From: an uncultured Clostridia bacterium | Lineage (GTDB): Bacteria; Bacillota; Clostridia; Oscillospirales; Ruminococcaceae | Direction: 5' to 3' | DNA: 64,000 nt | Assembly: GCA_944385915.1 (NCBI GenBank) | Contig: CALWZB010000077.1 | Span: 6,973-70,972 of the forward strand | Shown: positions 1 to 8,694 of the stretch, piece after piece | Layout of the letters: each line of letters starts with the position of its first letter | Position numbering within the stretch: position 1 is the first letter of the stretch | Translations under genes and position numbers: made by a program | Notes under the pieces: generated by a model | Database searches by the model: none | Seen by the model: the letters and a program-made list of their open reading frames with translations, nothing else | What the model was told of the DNA's origin: nothing

Positions 1-2
1 GA

Positions 3-95
3 AAGATCATTGCCGACGAGGTAGCCCCCGGCGATCACCTTATCATCGATTTCCAAAACGGAGAATTTACCGCTTCTGTGCAAAGCGTTTCCTAA
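3..95 (+). CDS. C-terminal end of a Clp/Hsp100-like AAA+ chaperone (partial; the start lies left of the window)
   Basis: The frame is open from the window edge and reads KIIADEVAPGDHLIIDFQNGEFTASVQSVS, with stop TAA at 93-95 followed by a strong terminator. The tail resembles ClpB/ClpC C-termini. Only 30 codons are visible. Confidence 0.3.
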   Translation, partial: KIIADEVAPGDHLIIDFQNGEFTASVQSVS

Positions 96-97
96 GC

Positions 98-130
98 AAA
101 AAACCAGGTGATTTTTCACCTGGTTTTTTC
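98..130. terminator. Bidirectional rho-independent terminator
   Basis: AACCAGGTGA-TTTT-TCACCTGGTT forms a perfect 10-bp stem (102-125), flanked by an A-run and a T-run. It lies between convergent CDS ends at 95 (+) and 166 (-). Confidence 0.85.
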
Positions 131-165
131 GTAGAATAACTCCTATTTGTATATTAAGACTTATT

Positions 166-1155
166 TTATACGGATTCCTGGGGCTTTTCCGCCGCTTCTT
201 TTGCTTTTTCCTTCTCCTGCGTCAGCCGCTGCCGCCGCTTTTCTGCCCGTTCCTTTTCCTTTTGGATCTTGCCTTCATACCGGGCGAGGGCGTCAGCGTC
301 AATTTTTTGGGTACAGCGGGAAACGTTTCGCTTCTTTCCCGCCTTGGTCACCGTCAATCGAACCAGATAATCTCCGTGGCAGTCACAATGCACCAAAGCG
401 AAAAACTTGTTGTTGCCCTGACGGGTCCAATAGACCCTGGATGCCAGCTCCTTTTTGCAGTCGGGGCAAAGGACAGTTTGCAAAGAAAGGTCGGTAAGGA
501 TCGCCTTGATACCAGAGTACCCCGAAGCTGACATCCGATCCAATTCCGGAGCTTTTTCCTCTTTCGCTTTGCTGAGCACCGCCGAGGGGTATTCCGCGAT
601 CCCTTTTTTGACATCCAGCTTCTGGCAGATCCGCACCGTGTAATAAGCGTCATAATAGGCGTCATGGGCGGGAAGATCCTGAGGGATATCGAAAAATTTG
701 AGTGCCGTTTCCAGGGACTTTTGCTGACGGTCGGACTCGGTTTGAATATTATAGATCACCTGGAGATTGTACCATGGCTCCAGCCAGTCGCTTTCCAGAG
801 AATGCACCGTCAAATTCTCCCGAAACAGCCGCACGTCGTCGGCGCCCCAGGTAAGCAGGCAAAATTCCTCGCCGCAAAAGTCCAAAAACTGTCTGGCCGC
901 CTCGGCAAAGGGCATTCCTGCCCGAAGGCGCTCGGCGTTAAACCCGGTAAGCTCCTCCACCTTTCGATTCATTTTCTTAAAATAGACCGGACGCACATCC
1001 ACATTAAAGGACGCCTCCTGCTCCATCTTCGCATTTAACCGAAAAGCGCCAATCTGGATGATCTCCCCCTCCAAACGGCAGGGAAGCTTTTCCAAAAATG
1101 CCGGTCTGGCATACATAGGCTGGTTCCATTCCATATCCAACACAATATACTTCAT
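166..1155 (-). CDS. DEDDh-type 3'-5' exonuclease domain protein (KapD/ERI-1-like) with a Cys-rich, K/E-rich C-terminal region
   Basis: 329-aa ORF. The N-terminus YIVLDMEWNQ carries a DxE exo I motif and HDAYYDAYY is an H-x4-D exo III motif. The C-terminal region has CPDCKK...HCDCHGD and a KEKERAEKRRQRL tail. Confidence 0.7.
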   Translation of the reverse strand: MKYIVLDMEWNQPMYARPAFLEKLPCRLEGEIIQIGAFRLNAKMEQEASFNVDVRPVYFKKMNRKVEELTGFNAERLRAGMPFAEAARQFLDFCGEEFCLLTWGADDVRLFRENLTVHSLESDWLEPWYNLQVIYNIQTESDRQQKSLETALKFFDIPQDLPAHDAYYDAYYTVRICQKLDVKKGIAEYPSAVLSKAKEEKAPELDRMSASGYSGIKAILTDLSLQTVLCPDCKKELASRVYWTRQGNNKFFALVHCDCHGDYLVRLTVTKAGKKRNVSRCTQKIDADALARYEGKIQKEKERAEKRRQRLTQEKEKAKEAAEKPQESV

Positions 1156-1171
1156 AACCCATTTCCTTTAC

Positions 1172-1212
1172 AAAAAACGAAAGCCTGAGGGAATCCCCCA
1201 CAGGCTTTTTTA
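1172..1212 (-). terminator. Rho-independent terminator after the MATE gene
   Basis: AAGCCTG...CAGGCTT stem (1181-1207) with an inner GGG/CCC pairing and T/A runs on both sides. It abuts the stop codon at 1214. Confidence 0.7.
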
Positions 1213-1213
1213 T

Positions 1214-2617
1214 TTATTCTGTGGCAACGGGATCCCGGTGGATAAGCCCTTTATTTTTCCATTTCCCTCTCCGGTAAAACCAGACGGTAAGAAGCATTCC
1301 CAGTACCCAGGAAACCAGCAGAGAAACGAAGATGGACTCAGGACGGCCGTTTACATATTCTTCGCTCCGGGTCAAGAAAGCCATACCGTAAGCCACCGGA
1401 ACACGGATCGCAACGGTCGTGATAAGGGAAATCCACATGGGGGTCATGGTATCTCCGGCGCCCCGCATGGTTCCGGAAAGAGTTTGGGTCACCGCCACGG
1501 CAATATACCCCACCGCCAGTAAAAACAGCATTCTTTCGGTCATCTCAATGAGCTCCGGCGTATTGGTAAAGATCCGCGCCAGATATTTTCCGAAAAGCAG
1601 GATCAGCGCAGTGATCGCCACCGAGGTCAGCACCGAAATTTTTACGCCACTCTTCGTCCCGCTCACCACGCGGTCCATTTTCCCGGCGCCGATGTTTTGG
1701 CCGGAATAGGTGGTCATAGACACGCCGAAGGTCATATTGGGCATCATGGCGAAGGAGTCGATACGCATCACGATCACGTTGCAGGCGATAAACGTCTCGC
1801 CAAAGCTGTTGGTCAAGGACTGGACAATGATCATCGCCAGAGAAAAGACCATCTGGGTAATACCCGAAGGGATGCCTAAGTGGATCAGACGCTTGATGTG
1901 CTCCTTATAAAAGCGGAAATAGGAACGGTTCATATCAAAGGTCTCCCGCATCCGGGAAAGGCGGATCATACAAAGGACAGCCGATACCACCTGGGCAATA
2001 GCGGTCGCCCACGCAACGCCGGGAACGTCCCAATGGAAGCCCGCCACGAACCAGACGTCCAAAACAATATTCAAAAGGGTCGCGATCAAAAGGAAAAGCA
2101 GCGCCGAGACCGAATCTCCAAGCCCTCTTAAAATACCGGAAAGCACATTATAAAACGCGCCGCCGCAAATCATAAGGAACAAAATGTTCAAATATTCCTC
2201 GCACCAGTCGATAATGGACGCGGGGGTACTTAACGCTTCCAAAATAGGCCGGGACACCAAAGGACCAAGGATCATAATCATAGCGGAGGCGATCCCCGTC
2301 ATAATGATACAGGTCGCCACCGATTCGGAAAGTCGTTTCCGGTCCTGGGCGCCGAAATACTGGGCGATCATAATGCTCGCACCGGCGGAAACACCGATAA
2401 ACAGCACCAAAAGCAGGTTCAAAATGGGTGCGGCGCTTCCTACCGCCGCCAACGCGTTATCTCCCACATACTGCCCTAATACGATAGAGTCCACCGTGCT
2501 GTAAAGCTGCTGGGCGATATTTCCAAGCAGCATAGGAATCGCGAATTGAATAATGCGTTTGGCCGGAGAGCCCACCGTCATATCCTGGGCCGCCAGCAAA
2601 GATCGTAAACTTGCCAT
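1214..2617 (-). CDS. MATE family multidrug/oligosaccharide efflux transporter
   Basis: 467-aa polytopic membrane ORF. The N-terminus GSPAKRIIQFAIPMLLGNIAQQLYSTVDSIVLGQYVG is typical of MATE/NorM proteins, with about 12 hydrophobic segments. Confidence 0.85.
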   Translation of the reverse strand: MASLRSLLAAQDMTVGSPAKRIIQFAIPMLLGNIAQQLYSTVDSIVLGQYVGDNALAAVGSAAPILNLLLVLFIGVSAGASIMIAQYFGAQDRKRLSESVATCIIMTGIASAMIMILGPLVSRPILEALSTPASIIDWCEEYLNILFLMICGGAFYNVLSGILRGLGDSVSALLFLLIATLLNIVLDVWFVAGFHWDVPGVAWATAIAQVVSAVLCMIRLSRMRETFDMNRSYFRFYKEHIKRLIHLGIPSGITQMVFSLAMIIVQSLTNSFGETFIACNVIVMRIDSFAMMPNMTFGVSMTTYSGQNIGAGKMDRVVSGTKSGVKISVLTSVAITALILLFGKYLARIFTNTPELIEMTERMLFLLAVGYIAVAVTQTLSGTMRGAGDTMTPMWISLITTVAIRVPVAYGMAFLTRSEEYVNGRPESIFVSLLVSWVLGMLLTVWFYRRGKWKNKGLIHRDPVATE

Positions 2618-2896
2618 AATTCCCTCTCTGTAAATAACATTATTATTTATTGTCTACCAAAAGTAACAAACATTATACCACAGATTTCCCCCGCTGGCAA
2701 TTGCTTTTTGTATTTTCTACACCGTTAGAAAAAAAGGACGGAAAAGTTGCTTTTGGTTTTTGTCTCTTTGCCCAAAACCGCCGCCTCTCCCCTTGGGATT
2801 CTCCCAGGATCCAACGAAATATTTCCAAAAACGCTCTTTTTTTCTCTTTGCCGCTGTGCTATACTAAAAAGAGCAATAACAAAGGAGGTTTCCTTT

Positions 2897-4693
2897 TTGA
2901 AACAGTTTTTAATGGGCAACGAAGCCATTGCCTTAGGCGCCTGCCACGCCGGTGTCCGGCTGGTGGCGGGTTATCCCGGCACGCCTTCCACCGAGATTTT
3001 GGAATCGGTAGCCAAACAAAAAGACCCGGACATCTATGTAGAATGGTCGGTCAATGAAAAAGCCGCCCTGGAGGTGGCTGCCGGCGCCGCTTACTCCGGC
3101 GCACGGACGCTGGTCACTATGAAGCAGGTGGGGCTCAACGTCGCCTCCGACCCGCTGATGAGCCTTGCCTATGTGGGCGTCAAAGGCGGTATGGTGGTGG
3201 TAGTTGCCGACGACCCCGGCCCCATCTCCTCCCAAACGGAGCAGGACACCCGCACCTTCGCTTCCTACTCCAAGCTTCCCGTCTTCGATCCTTCCTCTCC
3301 CGAGGAAGCCTACCAGATGATCCAGGACGCCTTTACCCTCTCTGAAGAGGAAGGCACCCCGGTGCTGTTTCGGCCCACCACAAGAGTGTGCCACAGCTGT
3401 GCTGATATTGAGGTATTGGATCAAAAGCCCGTCTTTCCCGAGCCGGAGGGCTTTATCCGGGATACCGCCCGGTTTGTGATCTTCCCCAAAGCCTCTTACC
3501 AAAACCACCTTCGCATCGAAAAGCGCAACCCGTTGATCGGAAAGCGGTTTTCCTCTTACCGGTACAACACTTTGACGGGAAAAGGCAAAAAAGCCTTAGT
3601 CACCGGCGGCATCTCTACCGCTTACGCCAGGGAAGCCCTTCTGGGCTATGAAGGAGAATTTCTCCATCTTTGTGTCGCGACGCCCTTCCCCTTCCCCGAA
3701 GAGTTAGGGAGAAAGCTTTTAAATGAAGCGGACGAGGTGCTGGTTTTGGAGGAGCTGGATCCGGTATTGGAAAAGGCTTTGATCTTCCTTTGCGGAAAGT
3801 ACCATTTGAACGTCACCATCCACGGAAAGTTAGACGGATTCGTCCCGGCGGCGGGAGAAAACTCGGTAGAGATCCTCAAAAACGCCATGTACGAATTTTT
3901 CGACGATTTTCCCCGTCCTCCCATTCCCGAAGCGGTTTTGGAGGACCTCCCCGTCCGCCCCCCCGTTTTATGCGCCGGATGCCCCCACCGGGCTTCCTTC
4001 TATGCCGTTAAGCAGGCTATGAAAGGGCGAAAAGCGGTTTTTTGCGGGGATATTGGCTGCTACACTTTGGGAAACGCCATGCCTTTGGATATGGTGGATA
4101 CCTGCCTTTGTATGGGCGCCGACGTTACCATTGCCCAGGGAATTCGGCGGGTGGATCCGGACACGACCTGTTTTTCCTTCATCGGCGACTCTACCTTTTT
4201 CGCCTCGGGAATTACCGGCGTAGTGAACGCTGTGTATAACCAATCAGATATTATACTTATTGTTTTAGATAACTCCACCACCGCCATGACCGGGCATCAG
4301 CCCCATCCCGGCACCGGCCAGACCATGATGGGCACCATTTCGGAAAAGATCTCCATCGAAAAGATCCTTACCGCCATCGGCGTCACCTCGATCCGGACAG
4401 TGGATCCGTTAAACTACAAAGCCGCCGTCAAAGCGGTTGCTGACGCGGCGAAGGAAAAGGGCGTTCGGGCGATCATCTTCCGTTCTCCCTGTATCGCGGT
4501 AGTGAAACCGGAAAAACCGGTGGTCATCGACCGGGAAAAATGTGTGGGATGTAAAAAATGTATCCGGGATTTAGGCTGTCCCGCTTTGATGATGAACGAC
4601 AACAAGGCCTCTGTGGAGGAAAGCCTTTGCACCGGCTGCGGCCTTTGCAGCCAGATCTGTCCCACCTCGGCCATTTCAAAGGAGGGAAAATGA
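2897..4693 (+). CDS. iorA: Indolepyruvate:ferredoxin oxidoreductase alpha subunit
   Basis: The protein reads (M)KQFLMGNEAIALGA..GYPGTPSTEI and carries a TPP-binding region. Two C-terminal ferredoxin motifs are present (CVGCKKCIRDLGCP and CTGCGLCSQICP). The start is assigned to TTG 2897, 8 nt after AAAGGAGG (2881-2888); the ORF is open from 2747. Confidence 0.85.
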   Translation: MKQFLMGNEAIALGACHAGVRLVAGYPGTPSTEILESVAKQKDPDIYVEWSVNEKAALEVAAGAAYSGARTLVTMKQVGLNVASDPLMSLAYVGVKGGMVVVVADDPGPISSQTEQDTRTFASYSKLPVFDPSSPEEAYQMIQDAFTLSEEEGTPVLFRPTTRVCHSCADIEVLDQKPVFPEPEGFIRDTARFVIFPKASYQNHLRIEKRNPLIGKRFSSYRYNTLTGKGKKALVTGGISTAYAREALLGYEGEFLHLCVATPFPFPEELGRKLLNEADEVLVLEELDPVLEKALIFLCGKYHLNVTIHGKLDGFVPAAGENSVEILKNAMYEFFDDFPRPPIPEAVLEDLPVRPPVLCAGCPHRASFYAVKQAMKGRKAVFCGDIGCYTLGNAMPLDMVDTCLCMGADVTIAQGIRRVDPDTTCFSFIGDSTFFASGITGVVNAVYNQSDIILIVLDNSTTAMTGHQPHPGTGQTMMGTISEKISIEKILTAIGVTSIRTVDPLNYKAAVKAVADAAKEKGVRAIIFRSPCIAVVKPEKPVVIDREKCVGCKKCIRDLGCPALMMNDNKASVEESLCTGCGLCSQICPTSAISKEGK

Positions 4694-5291
4694 TGGTAAA
4701 CAGTTGTCTTCTCTGCGGCGTCGGAGGGCAGGGAACGGTTTTGGCTTCCAAGCTCATCGCTTTTGCCGCCATGGAAAAGGGAAACGGATCCGTACCGCCG
4801 AAACCATCGGTATGGCCCAGCGGGGAGGCTGCGTCGTCAGCCATGTCCGCACCGGCGACGAAATCTTTTCCCCTATGATCCCCCTCAAGGGCGCCGACAT
4901 TCTCATTGCTTTCGAACCGGCGGAGGCAGTGCGCTGTCTTCCCTATCTGAAAGACGGGGGCACGGTAGTGGTCAATCAGAAAGCGGTGCGTCCCGTTACC
5001 GCTTCGTTAGCTGACTCCGGCTATGACGGAAAGGAAATGATCGCCCATTTGAAGGGTCTCCCCATCCGCCTGATCGTAGTGGACGGAGACGCCATCTGCC
5101 AAAAATGCGGCTCTCCCCGGGTGCTGAACGTAGCGCTGTTAGCGGCGGCAGCCAAGAGCGGCGCTCTGGCGATGACCGCAGAAGAGCTGAAATATGCTAT
5201 CCAAAAACGCCTTCCCGAAAAATTTCATCAAATCAATTTTGCGGCTATTGAAGCTGTGGAAATCGAAACCGAAAGGAACCCAATCGTATGA
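4690..5291 (+). pseudogene. iorB: Indolepyruvate oxidoreductase beta subunit, interrupted by a frameshift near 4775-4785
   Basis: ATG 4690 overlaps the iorA stop (ATGA). The first segment, MMVNSCLLCGVGGQGTVLASKLIAFAAMEKG, is in one frame. The remainder, RIRTAETIGMAQRGGCVVSHVRTGD... through stop 5291, is in another frame. See the findings. Confidence 0.8.
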
Positions 5292-6517
5292 AAATGACCG
5301 ATACCCAATTAGAAATTATTCGCAACCAATTAAAGGAGCTCACCTCCAAAGACTGTTTCTACAAAGAAAAGCTCAAGGGATACAACATCGATATCCATTC
5401 CCAAGAGGAATTCGAGCAGCTCCCCTTCACCTGGAAGGGCGATTTGAGAGAAGCCTATCCTCTGGGGCTCCAGGCGGTACCCGACGAAAAGATCGTTCGG
5501 ATCCACTCCTCCTCGGGAACCACCGGTACCCCGGTCATCATCCCCTACACCCAAAAGGACGTGGACGACTGGGCGGAGATGTTCAAGCGCTGCTACGAGG
5601 TGGCGGGGCTGACCAATTTGGACCGAATCCAGATCACCCCGGGTTACGGACTTTGGACAGCGGGAATTGGGTTTCAAATCGGCGCTGAACGGCTGGGGGC
5701 CATGGCGATTCCCATGGGGCCCGGCAACACCGACAAACAGCTTCGCATGATGATAGACCTCAAATCCACCGTCCTTTGCGCCACATCTTCTTACGCCCTT
5801 TTGCTGGCAGAGGAGATCGAAAAGCGGGGAATCGGCGACCAGATCTGCCTCAAGAAAGGCATTATCGGTTCGGAACGTTGGGGCGAAAAGATGCGCAAAC
5901 GGATCGCCCAAGAGCTTGGCGTTCGGCTGTACGACATTTACGGGCTCACCGAAGTCTACGGTCCCGGTATCGGTATTAGCTGTGACTACGAATGCGGTAT
6001 GCATATGTGGGACGATTACATTTATTTCGAGATCGTCAACCCCAAAACCGGCGAAGTGGTCCCCGACGGCGAGATGGGCGAATTAGTCATCACCACCCTT
6101 CGCAAGGAGGGCGCGCCTCTCATCCGCTACCGCACCCACGACCTCACCCGGGTGATTCCCGGCGAATGCCCCTGCGGCAGCCCGTATCCCAGGATCGACA
6201 CCATTTTGGGCCGCACCGACGATATGGTCAAGGTCAAAGGCGTCAACATCTTCCCCAGCCAGATTGAGGAGATGTTAGCGGGGGTCCATGGCGCTTCCAG
6301 TGAGTACCAGTTTATGATCGATCATTTAAACGGTCGGGATATCTGCACCCTCTTTGTGGAGGCGGAACCGGACGCCAACCGCTACACCTTAGAGATTGAC
6401 GTTCAAAATAACTTTAAAAATAAGATCGGCATTTCGGTCATTGTTAAACCGGTAGACATTGGCGAGCTTCCTCGAAGCGAGAAAAAATCCACAAGAGTCT
6501 TTGATAACCGGTATTGA
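5288..6517 (+). CDS. paaK: Phenylacetate-CoA ligase family (PaaK / F390 synthetase-like) adenylate-forming enzyme
   Basis: 409-aa ORF. It has the HSSSGTTGTPVIIPYT AMP-binding motif and PaaK-like length and layout. Its ATG overlaps the iorB stop (ATGA). Confidence 0.8.
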   Translation: MKMTDTQLEIIRNQLKELTSKDCFYKEKLKGYNIDIHSQEEFEQLPFTWKGDLREAYPLGLQAVPDEKIVRIHSSSGTTGTPVIIPYTQKDVDDWAEMFKRCYEVAGLTNLDRIQITPGYGLWTAGIGFQIGAERLGAMAIPMGPGNTDKQLRMMIDLKSTVLCATSSYALLLAEEIEKRGIGDQICLKKGIIGSERWGEKMRKRIAQELGVRLYDIYGLTEVYGPGIGISCDYECGMHMWDDYIYFEIVNPKTGEVVPDGEMGELVITTLRKEGAPLIRYRTHDLTRVIPGECPCGSPYPRIDTILGRTDDMVKVKGVNIFPSQIEEMLAGVHGASSEYQFMIDHLNGRDICTLFVEAEPDANRYTLEIDVQNNFKNKIGISVIVKPVDIGELPRSEKKSTRVFDNRY

Positions 6518-6544
6518 TGCCGATGAACTGTAACAAAAATAGAA

Positions 6545-6576
6545 CGCCCGCCTTCCTTTGGGAGGCGGGTTTTTTC
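6545..6576 (+). terminator. Rho-independent terminator of the ior-paaK operon
   Basis: CCCGCCT-TCCTTTGGG-AGGCGGG hairpin followed by TTTTTT (6570-6575). Confidence 0.8.
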
Positions 6577-6618
6577 GGCTTTTTTGTTAGCTTCCATAAA
6601 AATCTTTATACTTTAATA

Positions 6619-6987
6619 TCACTTTTTTTCTTCAAAAAAACAAGCGGTAATCCGACCCAACATTTGGTACTGCTCCATCTCCGCTTTTTTGCCAAGCGAC
6701 CCGTTTTGCAGCTGAAACAGCGCCGCCAGATCCCGAAGAATCTCCGTTTGTTCTTTGGAAAGGCCGTACAGCGGCAATGCTCCCGCCGGTTCGTTTCCGT
6801 ACAAAAAATCGAGAGAAACGTTGAAAATCGCCGCTATGGCGCGCATAGTCTCAAAAGGCGGCGTCGCCGTGTTGCTTTCATATTTGCTGACAGTGGCCTC
6901 GGTCACGTTCAGCCGATCCCCAAGCTGTTTTTGGGTTAGGCCCCTTTTCTTTCGTTCTTCTTTTAAAATATATCCAAAATCATACAC
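6619..6987 (-). CDS. XRE-family helix-turn-helix transcriptional regulator
   Basis: The HTH reads RGLTQKQLGDRLNVTEATVSKYESN. The start is assigned to GTG 6985-6987, preceded by GGGGGTGA. The longer ORF to 7446 translates as Arg/Lys-rich junk. Confidence 0.75.
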   Translation of the reverse strand: MYDFGYILKEERKKRGLTQKQLGDRLNVTEATVSKYESNTATPPFETMRAIAAIFNVSLDFLYGNEPAGALPLYGLSKEQTEILRDLAALFQLQNGSLGKKAEMEQYQMLGRITACFFEEKK

Positions 6988-7428
6988 GGTTTCACCCCCA
7001 AAATACTTTCCTATTGTATCCAATGCGGCACAAAAAGGGTAACGGGATCCAACGCGGTTTCCCATACCCAACGGGAAATTTCCTCCCCCAAATTTGGCCC
7101 ATCGGCAAAAAGAAGCGCAGTCTCGCCTTATGAGCGGACCTGCGATCAGGCCAAGGCGCTGGATCGCTGGGCGAATATTGTTTTTGTTTTGTTTCTCCTT
7201 GCGGCGGCAGTCATCTTTGTTCTCCCCTTTTTCACAGAGGATGTTGCCCTCTCGAATATTCTCGTCAATATCCCTACCGCGCTCCTTCTGTTTGCGGGGG
7301 GCGAGATCGCCGCGACGGTGATGCGGGGCTTGGCCATGGTAACCGAAGCCGCTTACCGCCGTATGCAGGAACCGAGGGGATGAAAAGCCTCTTGAGAAAA
7401 AACAAAAACAAGGCAAAGGAGAATATTT

Positions 7429-7590
7429 ATGGAAGAAAAGAATCAAACAGAAAATGCAGTGGCGAAGTTATGCAAAGGAATTGCGGGACTGTTTTTCGGG
7501 ATGATGCTTTGGGGAATCGGAGAAATCATCCGCTTGCTGCATGAAGGAGCTGTTGCGCGATCCTGTCCCCCGAAAAAAGAATCTTTTTAA
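7429..7590 (+). CDS. Hypothetical 53-aa small protein with one hydrophobic segment
   Basis: ATG 7429 lies 6 nt after AAAGGAG. The product is MEEKNQTENAVAKLCKGIAGLFFGMMLWGIGEIIRLLHEGAVARSCPPKKESF, with stop TAA 7588-7590 followed by a terminator. The ORF is below the ORF-track size cutoff. Confidence 0.35.
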   Translation: MEEKNQTENAVAKLCKGIAGLFFGMMLWGIGEIIRLLHEGAVARSCPPKKESF

Positions 7591-7601
7591 AAATATACAG
7601 C

Positions 7602-7636
7602 AAAAAAGGAACAGGCAATGCCTGTTCCTTTTTGTT
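7602..7636. terminator. Bidirectional rho-independent terminator
   Basis: GGAACAGGC-AAT-GCCTGTTCC stem (7608-7628) with an A6 run upstream and a T5 run downstream. It lies between convergent ORFs. Confidence 0.85.
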
Positions 7637-7664
7637 TGGTTTCATACACCCTGCGCAAGCAGAA

Positions 7665-7994
7665 TCAGTCGAGAATCTCCATCACTTTGCCGCAGCAAAT
7701 GGGAATGGGCTCGCCCTTTTTCACATGCACGGTTTTATTGCAGGTCACACAGTAGACGTCGGTGTCGTACGGAGCGATCACCTGAGCCGTCGTATTCTTC
7801 TCTTCTTCAGAAAGACCCTGAATAAAGAAACGCGCTACGTTATTTTCCTGAGGCTGATACACGCCGATAGGCTCAAGGCTTTTGGAATCGCCGATACAGT
7901 TTCCCATCTTGATCCAAAGCGCTTCCAGCTCCGCCGTTTCGCGCGCATTTTCGGGGATAAACTCAGCGATCGCTTTATCTAATCTGATTTTCAT
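7665..7994 (-). CDS. Desulforedoxin-domain protein (unknown N-terminal domain fused to a C-terminal Dx-type Fe(Cys)4 motif)
   Basis: The C-terminus VYCVTCNKTVHVKKGEPIPICCGKVMEIL fits the desulforedoxin / Dfx-N pattern Y-C-x2-C...CCG-x2-M. The gene lies 26 nt downstream of the reverse rubrerythrin gene and has an AGGTGAGG RBS. Confidence 0.6.
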   Translation of the reverse strand: MKIRLDKAIAEFIPENARETAELEALWIKMGNCIGDSKSLEPIGVYQPQENNVARFFIQGLSEEEKNTTAQVIAPYDTDVYCVTCNKTVHVKKGEPIPICCGKVMEILD

Positions 7995-8020
7995 AAGAAC
8001 GCCTCACCTATTCATAAATC

Positions 8021-8611
8021 TTATTTGCCGAAATATCTCTCCAGCAGACCTTTGAGGGCTTTGCCATGTCTGGCTTCGTCTCTCGCCATTTCGTGAACGG
8101 TGTCATGGATGGCGTCGAGGCCGTTTTTCTTCGCGCAGGCGGCCAGGTCAACTTTACCCTGGGTAGCGCCAAACTCACAGTCTACACGCCAAGCCAGATT
8201 CGCTTTGGTGGAGTTTTTCATATTGGGCTCCAGCGTCTCGCCAAGCAGCTCGGCAAATTTCGCCGCATGCTCCGCCTCTTCGTAAGCGGCTTTCTCCCAG
8301 TAAAGACCGATCTCGGGATAACCCTCTCTATGAGCGATGCGCGCCATGCACAGATACATACCCACTTCGGAGCACTCGCCGTTGAAGTTAGCTTTTAACT
8401 GCTCAAGGATGTACGCTTTGTCTTCCGCGCTGATGTCGTTATTATTGGCAACGGTTTTCTCGTAAACGCCAAAGTCATGCTCCGCAGCCAGTACCAGATC
8501 GCCCTTTTGCTCTACGAATTTAGAAGCGGGCGCTTTGCACTGGGGACATACCTCAGGGGGCGTTTCGCCTTCATAAACATAACCGCAAACGGTGCAAACA
8601 AATTTTTTCAT
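8021..8611 (-). CDS. Reverse rubrerythrin (N-terminal rubredoxin-like domain plus C-terminal diiron ferritin-like domain)
   Basis: The N-terminus [12 protein letters not shown]...CPQCKAP carries CxxC...CxxC. The diiron ExxH motifs EEAEHAAKF and DEARHGKAL follow. Confidence 0.85.
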   Translation of the reverse strand: MKKFVCTVCGYVYEGETPPEVCPQCKAPASKFVEQKGDLVLAAEHDFGVYEKTVANNNDISAEDKAYILEQLKANFNGECSEVGMYLCMARIAHREGYPEIGLYWEKAAYEEAEHAAKFAELLGETLEPNMKNSTKANLAWRVDCEFGATQGKVDLAACAKKNGLDAIHDTVHEMARDEARHGKALKGLLERYFGK

Positions 8612-8658
8612 TTTGATTTCCTCCTTAACTCTTTATGCGCTTTCTTGTTGTTGCCTTT

Positions 8659-8687
8659 ATTATACCGGGCAAAAACGCGTTTGTCAA
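8659..8687 (-). promoter_or_regulatory. Sigma-A type promoter of the reverse-rubrerythrin operon
   Basis: On the minus strand, TTGACA (8682-8687), a 17-nt spacer and TATAAT (8659-8664). Confidence 0.65.
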
Positions 8688-8694
8688 TAGTTTT

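Noticed and set aside
2747-2896. An upstream extension of iorA from TTG 2747.
   Set aside because: The extension has no homology-like sequence. A strong RBS (AAAGGAGG) precedes TTG 2897, which gives the typical MKQFLMGNEAIALG start.
6988-7446. An N-terminal extension of the XRE ORF that would make a 275-aa protein.
   Set aside because: The upstream 153 codons translate to Arg/Lys/Cys-rich junk. A GTG with a GGGGGTGA RBS sits directly before the HTH domain.
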